DNA of 64,000 bases from Longimicrobiales bacterium (GTDB lineage Bacteria; Gemmatimonadota; Gemmatimonadetes; Longimicrobiales; Gaopeijiaceae), in assembly GCA_965219445.1 (NCBI GenBank), contig CBDCNQ010000004.1, positions 512,001 to 576,000 of the forward strand. The letters run 5' to 3'. Positions 1 through 8,811 of this stretch are shown here, in pieces; position 1 is the first letter of the stretch, and each line of letters starts with the position of its first letter. The notes under the pieces are model-generated. The model saw nothing but the letters and a program-made list of their open reading frames with translations, was not told the DNA's origin and ran no database searches. Position numbers and translations under genes: made by a program.

Positions 1-619
1 AGCGTCCAGTCTCCACTACCGCCATACGCTGCCGATCCGCCCGATCGCGTCCGATCGGCGCAGTAACCTCAAGAGGTGAATCGGAAAGGTGCCCCCATGA
101 TGCCGCAATATACAGACGCTTAATTTCATGCCGTTGAAGCGCTTCGGAAAGGGCGTGGTGCGCCCTGTCGGTTTTGGCCACTACCATGAGCCCCGAGGTG
201 TAGCGATCCAGGCGGTGCACGATCCCGGGCCGCAGCCTTCCTCCAATACCCGACAGATCGTCCGTGTGCGCAAGGAGCGCGTTGACCAGGGTTCCAGTGG
301 GATGCCCAGGCGCCGGGTGAGTCACCATGCCCGCGGGCTTGTTCACTACGAGGAGCGAAGAGTCCTCGAACAGGACGTCCAGGGGTATGTCCTCCGGCTG
401 GGCGTCCAGCGCCTGGGGCGGAGGAACCCGCACCTCGATCTCCTGCCCAGCCTCGAGTCGATCGGACTTTCGCGCTACCTGACCGTCGACCCGTACCCTT
501 CCCTCCGCCACCAGCGCCTGCACCCGGGCCCTGGAGAGGTCCGAATTTCCGGCCACATAGGCATCGAGCCGATCCCCGTCACGATCGACCTTGAGGACCT
601 CCACCCGCTCCTCAATCAC
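1..619 (-). CDS. rluD: RluA/RluD-family 23S rRNA pseudouridine synthase (5' part; runs off the window start; not in the ORF track)
   Basis: Manual translation from GTG at 619: S4-like N-terminus (RLDAYVA...SRARVQALVAEGRVRVDG), VVNKPAGMVTHP and the catalytic GIVHRLDRYTSG motif. No stop before position 1. Confidence 0.93.
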   Translation of the reverse strand, partial: MIEERVEVLKVDRDGDRLDAYVAGNSDLSRARVQALVAEGRVRVDGQVARKSDRLEAGQEIEVRVPPPQALDAQPEDIPLDVLFEDSSLLVVNKPAGMVTHPAPGHPTGTLVNALLAHTDDLSGIGGRLRPGIVHRLDRYTSGLMVVAKTDRAHHALSEALQRHEIKRLYIAASWGHLSDSPLEVTAPIGRDRADRQRMAVVETGR

Positions 620-621
620 TG

Positions 622-3600
622 TCAGTCCTGGGCTCCGGCCCCGGGCCGACCCTCCGACGAGTCGCCCTCTGCGCCCCGATTGAGTGCGATCACGACGTCC
701 ATATCATCGATCTTGACGCTCTGGACGGAGTCGTAGCCGGCGATGCTGTCCCGGCTGTCATCGATCTCGAGCTGAACCGCCAGAGTCTCACCACAGATGA
801 AATCATGGTGATCACCCGCCGCCGCTCTGATGTGCGCCGGACCGTACACTCCCAGCCGGATCCGGTCCGTGATGGCCAAGCCAGACTCCTTGCGAAGTCG
901 TTGAATGCGGTTGACCAGCTCTCGCGCGCTTCCCTCCGACTTCAGATCTTCATCCAGAGTCGGATCGAGGGCGGCCGTGTACCCGCCCTCGGATCGCACC
1001 ACGAGGTCCCCCTTGGACTCCTCGGCGACGGTCAAATCCTCGGGATCGAGCACGACGTTGCGGCCGCCGACTTCGATCGATACCGGATCCCCAGCGGTAT
1101 ACGCCCGTAACTCCGGCTCGGAGAGATCGCGGATCGCAGTGGCGGCAAGTTCCGTTTCCTTACCGAACTTCTGACCCAGCGCCTTGTAATTCGGCTTCCC
1201 GGCCAGCATAGTCAGACCATCGGCCGAAGCCAAGAAATCCACAGCCTTGACGTTGAGTTCGTCTTGGAGCAGATCCAGTACCTCACTCCGAATCTGCACC
1301 CCCCCGGGAACGACCGCGAATAAGCGCTTGAGCGGTTGACGAACCCGAATCTTGACCTCCTCTCGGGTCGCGCGGCCAAGGGTCACGAGCGCCCTCACAG
1401 CTTCGACTTCCCTTTCCAGGGCCTCATCGCGAGCCTCCAGCCCTTCCGCGGAGCCGTCCTCCGGAAACGCCTCCAGATGAACGCTCTTCCCGGTGAGTCC
1501 ACGGTGGACCCAGTCGGAGACGAACGGCGTCACCGGCGCGGAGAGGAGGCACACGGTGCGCAGCGCCTCCCAGAGTGTCCGGAAGGCCGCACGAGCGTCA
1601 TCGTCATCCGTATTCCCCCAAAACCTTGGTCGGGACCGCCGGACATACCAATTAGACAGCTCCTCACTGACGAATTCGCCCAAAGCCCGGTAGGCTCGTG
1701 TGAGCTGATAACCGTTCAACTCCGAACGCACCTCTGTTACGACCGAACTCAGCCGAGAAATCAGCCAACGGTCGAGCAGGTTTCGTTCCTGGGGCGCCGG
1801 GTCGGCCTCCGAGGGCGCCCAGTCCTCCGCGTTGGCGTAGAGCGTGAAGAAGCGGTAGGTGTTGAAAAGAGTGTCCAGAAACCTTCGGGATGCCTCTTGG
1901 ACGGCCACGGGATCATACCGTTTGGGCACCCATGGGTTGCTGGACGTGATCAGATACCACCGGATAGCGTCGACCCCATGGTCCGCGATGGCATCCCATG
2001 GATCCACTGTATTCCCGCGCGACTTCGCCATTTTCTGGCCCTCGATATCGAGGATCAGATCGTTTACCACGACGTTTCGGAACGGTTGGCCCTTGCCCAG
2101 CATCGTGGAGATGGCCAGCAGGGAGTAGAACCATCCCCGCGTCTGATCGAGACCCTCACAGATGAAGTCGGCGGGGAAATGCCGCTTGAATTCATCCTGA
2201 CCCTCGAAGGGGTAATGCCACTGTGCGTACGGCATCGAGCCCGAGTCGAACCAGCCGTCGATCACCTCCGGCGCCCGCCTCATGGTCCCGCCACACCCTC
2301 CACAGTTCCACGTGTGCTTATCGATGTAGGGACGGTGAGGGTCGAAATCGTCTCCCAAGGGTCCGGTGCGCTCCGCCAACTCCTCGTAGTTCCCGATCCA
2401 CTCCACGTGGTCCGGCTCCTGATCGCACACCCACACCGGGAGCGGCGTACCCCAGTAGCGATCCCGAGAAAGCGCCCAATCCACGTTTCCCTTGAGCCAC
2501 TCTCCCATTCGGCCCTCGCCGATGTCCGGTGGGAACCAGTTCGTAGCCCGATTGTGGGCCAACATTTGGTCCTTCAGCGTGGAGGTAGCGGCGAACCACG
2601 AATCCCTTGTGATGTATATGAGTGGCGACTCGCAGCGCCAGCAGTGCGGATAGGAGTGAACCGTGGTGCCGAACCGAAAGAGATTCCCTCGCGATTCGAG
2701 CTCTTCCACCAACACCGGATCGGCGTCCTTCACGAACACGCCCGCCACCAACTGGGTCCCCTCGACGAACAATCCCGAATCGTCGACGGGCCGGAGCAAC
2801 GGCAAATCGTGCCGCTGTCCAGCGGCGTAGTCGTCTGATCCAAAAGCGGGTGCGATGTGCACGATGCCGGTACCGTCTTCGGAGCTGACGAAATCCTCGG
2901 TGATCACGGTCCAACCGTTCCCCGGATCCTCCGGCGCGGGAACGACCTCGAGCGGCCGGGCATAGCGTATCCCCTCCAACTCCCTACCCTGATACCGATG
3001 GAGGACCTCTACTCCCTCTGCGAGAACTGTTTCGAGGCGGTCCTCAGCCAATACCAGACGCCGTCCCTCGTACTGGACGTCCAAGTATTTGAGGTCCGGA
3101 TGCACGGCCAGGGCCGTGTTGGAAGGAACCGTCCACGGCGTCGTCGTCCAGACCACGAATGCTCGTCCCTCCGGGTCCGGCTGGCCCTCGTTCGTCAACC
3201 AGGGGCACAGGAAGTGGAGAGATGAGTCCTCGATATCCCGGTACCCCAACGCGACTTCGTGGGAGCTGAGCCCGGTTCCGCACCGTGGACAATACGGGAC
3301 ACTCTTGTACCCTCGGTACAACAGACCCTGATCCGCGAGCTGCTTGAGAATCCACCATACGCTCTCCACGTAGTCGACGTCGAGGGTGGCATACGGTCGT
3401 GTGTAATCCAGCCAATAGCCGATGCGCTCGGAGAGGTTTTCCCACTCCTGCTTGTATGTAAAGACCGAGTCGCGGCAGGCCGCGTTGAACTCCGCAATGC
3501 CGAGAGCCTCGATTTCGGGCTTGCCCGAAATCCCCAGCCTTTTCTCAGCCTCGATCTCAACCGGCAACCCATGCGTGTCCCAGCCGGCAATGCGGGTAAC

Positions 3601-3831
3601 GCTCCGCCCCTCCATCGTCCGCAGCCGGCATACCAGATCCTTGATCGTCCGGCTGATGATATGGTGAAGTCCCGGACGGCCGTTGGCCGTGGGGGGGCCC
3701 TCGAAAAAAACGAACGGCTCACCGGATTCCGTGGCCTCCAGTGTCTGGCGAAAGAGGTCCTCGTCGCGCCAGCGGGCCAGAGTCTCTTCCTCGAGGGCGA
3801 TCAGTGTTTCGGGGATTTCCGGATATGGCAT
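622..3831 (-). CDS. ileS: Isoleucine-tRNA ligase, type 2 (IleRS2)
   Basis: EGPPTANGRPGLHH, GWDTHGLPVE, WTTTPWT, DWALSRDRYWGTP, EGLDQTRGWF and KMAKS motifs; long IleRS2-type C-terminus. Confidence 0.97.
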   Translation of the reverse strand: MPYPEIPETLIALEEETLARWRDEDLFRQTLEATESGEPFVFFEGPPTANGRPGLHHIISRTIKDLVCRLRTMEGRSVTRIAGWDTHGLPVEIEAEKRLGISGKPEIEALGIAEFNAACRDSVFTYKQEWENLSERIGYWLDYTRPYATLDVDYVESVWWILKQLADQGLLYRGYKSVPYCPRCGTGLSSHEVALGYRDIEDSSLHFLCPWLTNEGQPDPEGRAFVVWTTTPWTVPSNTALAVHPDLKYLDVQYEGRRLVLAEDRLETVLAEGVEVLHRYQGRELEGIRYARPLEVVPAPEDPGNGWTVITEDFVSSEDGTGIVHIAPAFGSDDYAAGQRHDLPLLRPVDDSGLFVEGTQLVAGVFVKDADPVLVEELESRGNLFRFGTTVHSYPHCWRCESPLIYITRDSWFAATSTLKDQMLAHNRATNWFPPDIGEGRMGEWLKGNVDWALSRDRYWGTPLPVWVCDQEPDHVEWIGNYEELAERTGPLGDDFDPHRPYIDKHTWNCGGCGGTMRRAPEVIDGWFDSGSMPYAQWHYPFEGQDEFKRHFPADFICEGLDQTRGWFYSLLAISTMLGKGQPFRNVVVNDLILDIEGQKMAKSRGNTVDPWDAIADHGVDAIRWYLITSSNPWVPKRYDPVAVQEASRRFLDTLFNTYRFFTLYANAEDWAPSEADPAPQERNLLDRWLISRLSSVVTEVRSELNGYQLTRAYRALGEFVSEELSNWYVRRSRPRFWGNTDDDDARAAFRTLWEALRTVCLLSAPVTPFVSDWVHRGLTGKSVHLEAFPEDGSAEGLEARDEALEREVEAVRALVTLGRATREEVKIRVRQPLKRLFAVVPGGVQIRSEVLDLLQDELNVKAVDFLASADGLTMLAGKPNYKALGQKFGKETELAATAIRDLSEPELRAYTAGDPVSIEVGGRNVVLDPEDLTVAEESKGDLVVRSEGGYTAALDPTLDEDLKSEGSARELVNRIQRLRKESGLAITDRIRLGVYGPAHIRAAAGDHHDFICGETLAVQLEIDDSRDSIAGYDSVQSVKIDDMDVVIALNRGAEGDSSEGRPGAGAQD

Positions 3832-3900
3832 CAAGTCATTCCTGGCTACGAAAAAGCCGAGATCGCCTCAGACAGTCCGGTGGCGGGCGCCACCGCACCC

Positions 3901-4692
3901 TCACTCGGTGTCCTCTTCCTTCCGATCCATCATTATGGAAGAGAGCCACAGTGAGTCCCCGCCGTCCTGCCCCTCGGGGGGCTGCGTCGCGTCAGCCTCC
4001 GCTGCCACAGACTCTTCGTCCGGGGCCACCGATTCGGTGCCGAGAGGGTCATCAGCAACGGCAGCCACGCCTGCGGTCTCCACAGTCTCCGATGCAGAGG
4101 CGTCGTCCGCGTCGTCGCCGCCGTCCTCGTCGTCGCTGTACTCGTCGTCTCCGTACTCGTCGCCGTCCTCGGCTTCGCCAATCGACCAGGACGCTTGGCC
4201 AAGCTCGAGGTCCAGCGTGACACCTTCCAGTGGAGCTCGGCCAAGCTCAACCTCGACCGTATCTAGCTCACGCTCCAAGAAGGTCCGAAAGGCCTTCAAG
4301 AAGCGACCACGGTGGCGCTCCAGCTCTTGCAGGGCGGCGCTGCGCTCCGCGAGGAGCTTCTCGGCCTCCCCCATCATTCCGTCGATGCGCACTCGTGCCT
4401 CCCGCTCCAGGAGCTTCGCCTCCCGGCTCGCCTGCTTTTTCATATCCTGGCGGAGCTCCTGCGCGGTCACCAAAGCCTCTTGGACTGCTTGTTCGCGTCC
4501 CTCCTGCACGACCACCTTCTCTCCCAGCCGCTCGATTCTCTCGCGGAAGGCGAGATTTTCTTTGACCAAGACCTCCATCCGCTCCGCGACCAAGTCTAGG
4601 AACCCGTCGACCTCCTGCGGATCGTAGCCCCGAAGCCCCTTACCGAAATCTCCCCGCTTCTTGCGCACGTCCAACGGCGTGAGGTCAATCAT
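3901..4692 (-). CDS. DivIVA domain protein with acidic low-complexity tail
   Basis: LTPLDVRKK...LRGYDPQEVDGFLD N-terminus plus coiled coil; yggS-divIVA-ileS context. Confidence 0.88.
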   Translation of the reverse strand: MIDLTPLDVRKKRGDFGKGLRGYDPQEVDGFLDLVAERMEVLVKENLAFRERIERLGEKVVVQEGREQAVQEALVTAQELRQDMKKQASREAKLLEREARVRIDGMMGEAEKLLAERSAALQELERHRGRFLKAFRTFLERELDTVEVELGRAPLEGVTLDLELGQASWSIGEAEDGDEYGDDEYSDDEDGGDDADDASASETVETAGVAAVADDPLGTESVAPDEESVAAEADATQPPEGQDGGDSLWLSSIMMDRKEEDTE

Positions 4693-5398
4693 GGGCCGTT
4701 CGTTTCCCGAAAAGAGCCGTGCCGATGCGAATCATTGTGCTGCCCTCCTCGATGGCAATTTCGAAATCGTTCGTCATACCCATTGAAAGATGTTCACCAC
4801 AATACCCCTCGACCGCCCGAAGCTCCTCATGAAGCATCCGAACCCCTTCAAACGTGCGCCGAAGTAGTGCCTGGTCGTTCGTGAACGGAGCCATGGTCAT
4901 AAGGCCCCGAACCTCCAGGCCCGGCAAAGTAAGGACTTTCGAAATGTCGTCCCCGAGGCCATCACCCGGAAGGCCTGATTTACTCTCCTCTCCAGATGTG
5001 TTCACCTGCACCAAGACGGAAACGATCTCGCCTGCCTCCATGGCCGCGTTCGAGAGCCGTTGGGCCAGCCGGACCGAATCGATCGAGTGGACCAGGTCGG
5101 CCAACCCGACGAGCCGCGGTGCTTTTCGCCGCTGGACATGGCCAATCATATGCCACTGAGCCCGCGCGTCCTCCAACGCCGCACGCTTCCATGCGAGCTC
5201 TTCTGTCCGATTCTCCCCCAAGTCGAACAGACCATGCGAAAGTGCCACGTGCACGGCCTCGATGGGATGCGCTTTGGTCACCGCCACCAGGGTGACTTTG
5301 TCCGAGTCGCGGCCGCTACGCTGCGCCGCGTCAGCGATCCGGTCCCGGATCTCCGGCAGCGATGCCGTGACCCGCTCATCATACGTGGAGGTGATCAT
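4685..5398 (-). CDS. yggS: YggS-family pyridoxal phosphate homeostasis protein
   Basis: LVAVTK, GEN, WHMIGHVQ, LSMGMTNDFEIAIEEGSTMIRIGTALFG. Confidence 0.95.
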   Translation of the reverse strand: MITSTYDERVTASLPEIRDRIADAAQRSGRDSDKVTLVAVTKAHPIEAVHVALSHGLFDLGENRTEELAWKRAALEDARAQWHMIGHVQRRKAPRLVGLADLVHSIDSVRLAQRLSNAAMEAGEIVSVLVQVNTSGEESKSGLPGDGLGDDISKVLTLPGLEVRGLMTMAPFTNDQALLRRTFEGVRMLHEELRAVEGYCGEHLSMGMTNDFEIAIEEGSTMIRIGTALFGKRTAHD

Positions 5399-5410
5399 TC
5401 TATCGCGTCG

Positions 5411-5448
5411 AAAAAAAACGACCCCGCCGGCCAGGCCGGCGGGGTCGT
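5411..5448 (-). terminator. Rho-independent terminator after tonB
   Basis: Near-perfect GC-rich inverted repeat ACGACCCCGCCGGCC/GGCCGGCGGGGTCGT followed by a T8 run on the minus strand. Confidence 0.85.
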
Positions 5449-5474
5449 CTCCGAAGAACCGTCAGGCCCAGCCG

Positions 5475-6164
5475 CTATTGGACCTGGAAAGTAATCGGCA
5501 ACTCAATCCAAACCGCGACCCTCTGGTCCCGGTTCAGAGCGGGCGTAAACGAGATGATATTCGCGACCCTGAGGGCCGCATCGTCGAACTGCACCTGTCC
5601 TGAACCCTGAGAAACTCTACTGTCCGCAACCACGCCCTGTTCCGAAATGAAGAACCAAACGACGACGGTCCCACCGATTCCGGCGTCCCGAAGAATGGGA
5701 GGATACTCCCTCATCAGGGCTGTCTGGACCTCATTCCGGTTTCTGACCTCTGGCCGGACGGTCATGGGCGTGAACACCGGAGCCGCGGAGATGTCGGCGG
5801 GCCCATCGTCGGTGGGCGGCGGCGGAAGGTCTTCAATCGGATTGTCCTGGAACGTCGTCGGAGCAATCGTGATATCGTCGTCGATAGCCGCGGTGGCCAT
5901 CACGGGCGTCGCAGGCCGCGAAATCGCCTCGGGCGGCGGGGGAATCTCAATTTCCGGCGGAAGCTCGATCATCTCCAGCTCCTCGGCGGTGAAGGATACG
6001 TCCTCCGCCGTAAGCGTCGGCCAGAACTGAAACAGCATGAAGTGGACGACCGTCGCCGCGATCATCGAGCCCCAAAACCACGAACCGAAGGACCGCTTGA
6101 ATCGGTCGTTCTCCGTCTCGAGTTTGTCGGTCACCGCCTCAGCGGGAATGGCTTGAGCGTTCAT
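5475..6164 (-). CDS. tonB: Energy transducer TonB
   Basis: N-terminal TM with His, Pro-rich linker, C-terminal YPPILRDAGIGGTVVVWF...PITF domain; follows exbB/exbD. Confidence 0.9.
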   Translation of the reverse strand: MNAQAIPAEAVTDKLETENDRFKRSFGSWFWGSMIAATVVHFMLFQFWPTLTAEDVSFTAEELEMIELPPEIEIPPPPEAISRPATPVMATAAIDDDITIAPTTFQDNPIEDLPPPPTDDGPADISAAPVFTPMTVRPEVRNRNEVQTALMREYPPILRDAGIGGTVVVWFFISEQGVVADSRVSQGSGQVQFDDAALRVANIISFTPALNRDQRVAVWIELPITFQVQ

Positions 6165-6610
6165 CGTCTCTCCCGTGTCATGCTTTGCTCCAACTCCGTG
6201 GCGAAAACGACTCGAACCACTCCGGCCGCCACCAACTGCTTCTGAAGCAAGTCGATCGTCGTGTACTGGACTTCTCGATCCGCCCGAATCGAAATCACCA
6301 ACGCCCGATCCGAAGCCGCGTAAAGCGGGGCTATCACAGCGGTAACCTCAGGCAGCGTATAGGGCCGGTCATTGATGAAGATGCTACCGTCCCGTTGCAC
6401 CCAGATGTTTAGAATGTTCTTCAGTTTCTCATCGATCTTCTCTGTGGCCTCCGCTGCCGGCCAGACGATCGGCCGGTCTCGGTCCCTCTGGAAAACGGTG
6501 GTCACCATGAAGAAAATGAGAAGCAAGAAGGCGATATCGGCCATCGAGGAATCCGGTACGTTCGAAGACGCCTGGGATTTCCGTGAAAATCCTCCCGACT
6601 TGATCGACAT
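6161..6610 (-). CDS. exbD: Biopolymer transport protein ExbD/TolR
   Basis: SMADIAFLLLIFFMVTT TM with conserved Asp; IRAD motif. Confidence 0.9.
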   Translation of the reverse strand: MSIKSGGFSRKSQASSNVPDSSMADIAFLLLIFFMVTTVFQRDRDRPIVWPAAEATEKIDEKLKNILNIWVQRDGSIFINDRPYTLPEVTAVIAPLYAASDRALVISIRADREVQYTTIDLLQKQLVAAGVVRVVFATELEQSMTRERR

Positions 6611-6613
6611 GGC

Positions 6614-7039
6614 CTAACCCTCGAAGAGTTGCAGAGATATACGTTCGGCACCCGCACTGTGAAGCGCATCCAAGACGTCTACCATGAACTTGTAGGGTGC
6701 TTGGGGATGGGTCTTGACCGCGGCGATGAGATTGGGATTTTCGCTCACATCCTGGCGCCAAATCGCTTCGACCCCGTTGGGCGGCGTGGTCTGCACCTGC
6801 TGGCTTTCCCCACGCTTGATTTCGATGAGCCCATTGGGCTGAATGATGATGTGAAGGATATTCTGGGCACTGACCGCGACCTCACCGCCCTCCTCCGGGA
6901 GGACGATGGCGAGCCCCTTGTCCTTCGGGAACGTCGTCGTCACAAGGAAGAAAATCAGAAGTAGGAATGCGATGTCCGCCATCGATGAGGACGGAACCTT
7001 GTCGCTGACTTTCGATTTCTTTTTGTCTAGTACGGCCAT
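6614..7039 (-). CDS. exbD: Biopolymer transport protein ExbD/TolR (second paralogue)
   Basis: SMADIAFLLLIFFLVTT TM; Y..MVDVLDAL motif. Confidence 0.9.
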   Translation of the reverse strand: MAVLDKKKSKVSDKVPSSSMADIAFLLLIFFLVTTTFPKDKGLAIVLPEEGGEVAVSAQNILHIIIQPNGLIEIKRGESQQVQTTPPNGVEAIWRQDVSENPNLIAAVKTHPQAPYKFMVDVLDALHSAGAERISLQLFEG

Positions 7040-7104
7040 TTCTGCAGCCCTCGTATGTTGTGCCCAACGTACCGGCTATCCGCCGGAAAGGTTCCTCAAA
7101 ATCG

Positions 7105-7833
7105 CTACGATGTCGCCCCGCCGGAGCCCGAGTCTTGGGGCGGCATGTCCGCCGGTGAGCCAGCGCCCCTAACCCCGGCCGAGGCCAACGGTTGGTCAAT
7201 CCCCCGGCTGTAGGAAAGATCGAGCACTTTCTGCGCCCCCTGCTCCATATCGAGAATCAGCGTGTCGATCCGAGTGACGAAGAAGTTGTAACCGATATTA
7301 ACGGGAATCGCGATCAGCAGTCCGGTCGCCGTCGTCAGCAACGCTACCTTGATCCCTCCGGCAACGAGCGTCGGATCGACATCTCCGGCGGCCTCGATCG
7401 CGGCGAACGCGAGAATCATTCCGACCACGGTGCCCAAGAAGCCCATAAGCGGCGCGACGTTGGCCACGGTGGCCAGAATGACGAGGCCCCGCTCCAGAAA
7501 CCCGAGCTCGATTGTCCCCGTCGTGCGAATGGCTGAAGCCAAACCCTTGTCGCTGGTATCGTCGGACGTGATACGGCGCAGCCCAGCCACAAGAATCGCG
7601 GCCGCCGGGCCGGGACGCGCTGCCGCGAGCTCCGCCGCATCGGCAAGGCGGCCCTCGGAAGCGGCCTCTTCGACCTCGGCGAGCACGGTCTGAGTGCTCG
7701 CGTGCGCAACCCAAAGGGTCCACGACTTGGCAATGATCACACCCAGCGCTATGAGCGAACACAGCACGAGCGGATACATCATAAACCCGCCATCAGAGAA
7801 CAACGACAGTAGGTGATATTGACTGGCGTCCAA
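7105..7833 (-). CDS. exbB: MotA/TolQ/ExbB proton channel protein
   Basis: GGFMMYPL, APLMGFLGTVVGMI, GIKVALLTTATGL; probable TTG start at 7833 behind an AAGGAG SD. Confidence 0.92.
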   Translation of the reverse strand: MDASQYHLLSLFSDGGFMMYPLVLCSLIALGVIIAKSWTLWVAHASTQTVLAEVEEAASEGRLADAAELAAARPGPAAAILVAGLRRITSDDTSDKGLASAIRTTGTIELGFLERGLVILATVANVAPLMGFLGTVVGMILAFAAIEAAGDVDPTLVAGGIKVALLTTATGLLIAIPVNIGYNFFVTRIDTLILDMEQGAQKVLDLSYSRGIDQPLASAGVRGAGSPADMPPQDSGSGGATS

Positions 7834-7892
7834 GCGCCGCTCCTTTGCAAAACGGTCCGCTGATCGCCGACCGCTCGACGATCCGACATCTA

Positions 7893-7934
7893 AAGTGGCG
7901 GAAATGTACAGTTGAAGTGGCGGGAATGTACAGT
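7893..7934. repeat. 20-bp direct repeat pair (22-bp period) upstream of exbB; candidate regulator binding site
   Basis: AAGTGGCGGAAATGTACAGT (7893-7912) and AAGTGGCGGGAATGTACAGT (7915-7934), 19/20 identical. Confidence 0.6.
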
Positions 7935-8004
7935 GCCCGTCCAAAATTTCCTAGTGGGGCAAACGGATTTCCCCTCTACACCGTCTAGGGAATGAGGAGC
8001 AGAA

Positions 8005-8808
8005 TCACGCGAGGGTGGGGGGCTGCGCGAGTGCCCCGGCGCGCTCCGGCATTGTTCCACCGAGAAGCTCCCGGAGGCGAGCTGAATCGACATCCCGCTC
8101 CAGGCGGCCCCGCAGCGCGATGGAGATCTTTGCCGTTTCTTCACTGACCACGATGACCAGGGCATCGGTCTCCTCACTGAGGCCGATCGCCGCCCGATGC
8201 CGTGTGCCCAGCGTTTTGTCGGTGACGGCAAACTGCGTCAACGGTAGAATCGCCCCCGCGGCTCGGATCTCGGCGCCGACAATGATCACCGCGCCGTCGT
8301 GCAATGGCGTCCCGGGCGTAAAGATCGTCTGGAGCATCGCCGCCGAGACACCTACCCGCTCCCGGCTGCCCGTTTGAGCGTACTCATCGAGGCCCACCTC
8401 CTGCTCCAGAACTATGATCGCGCCAGTCTTCTTTCGGGCAAGCTCCGCCACCCCGTGCACGATCTCGTCGATGAGCTGGTTTTCGGGCATCGGGTTTACG
8501 ATGCGCAAGAGTCGGCTCTGACCGAGGCGGCTGAGCGCGGTCCGGAGTTCTGGCTGAAACACAACCAGCGCCGCGATCGCACCGTACTGAAGGAGGGTTG
8601 AGAGCAAGGACTCGATGAGCGTCAGTCTCAGGACCTGAGAGAGCAGATAGGCGGCCGCAATGACGAGGACCCCGAGCAGAATCTGCATTGCGCGGGTCCG
8701 CTGAATGATCAGAAGAACCCGAAATAGCAAAAAGGCCACAAAGAGTATCTGCAGCAGGTCCAGCCACCCCGGAAGAAAGAGCTGAAGCTGGGACCAGAGC
8801 TGAGACAC
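8005..8808 (-). CDS. cdaA: Diadenylate cyclase CdaA
   Basis: Three N-terminal TMs, VVFQPELR, catalytic PLHDGA and GTRHRAA motifs, VSEET. Confidence 0.93.
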   Translation of the reverse strand: MSQLWSQLQLFLPGWLDLLQILFVAFLLFRVLLIIQRTRAMQILLGVLVIAAAYLLSQVLRLTLIESLLSTLLQYGAIAALVVFQPELRTALSRLGQSRLLRIVNPMPENQLIDEIVHGVAELARKKTGAIIVLEQEVGLDEYAQTGSRERVGVSAAMLQTIFTPGTPLHDGAVIIVGAEIRAAGAILPLTQFAVTDKTLGTRHRAAIGLSEETDALVIVVSEETAKISIALRGRLERDVDSARLRELLGGTMPERAGALAQPPTLA

Positions 8809-8811
8809 CGA

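Noticed and set aside
190..220. RluD motif reads HRLDRYTSG rather than HRLD(K/R)DTSG
   Set aside because: The catalytic Asp of HRLD is intact, and the substituted position is variable in the family.
128..736. 202-aa plus-strand ORF
   Set aside because: Antisense shadow of rluD and ileS; the real gene is on the minus strand and runs off the window.
4100..4170. GTC/TCG trinucleotide-like repeats
   Set aside because: Explained by Asp/Glu codons of the DivIVA acidic tail, not an independent repeat.
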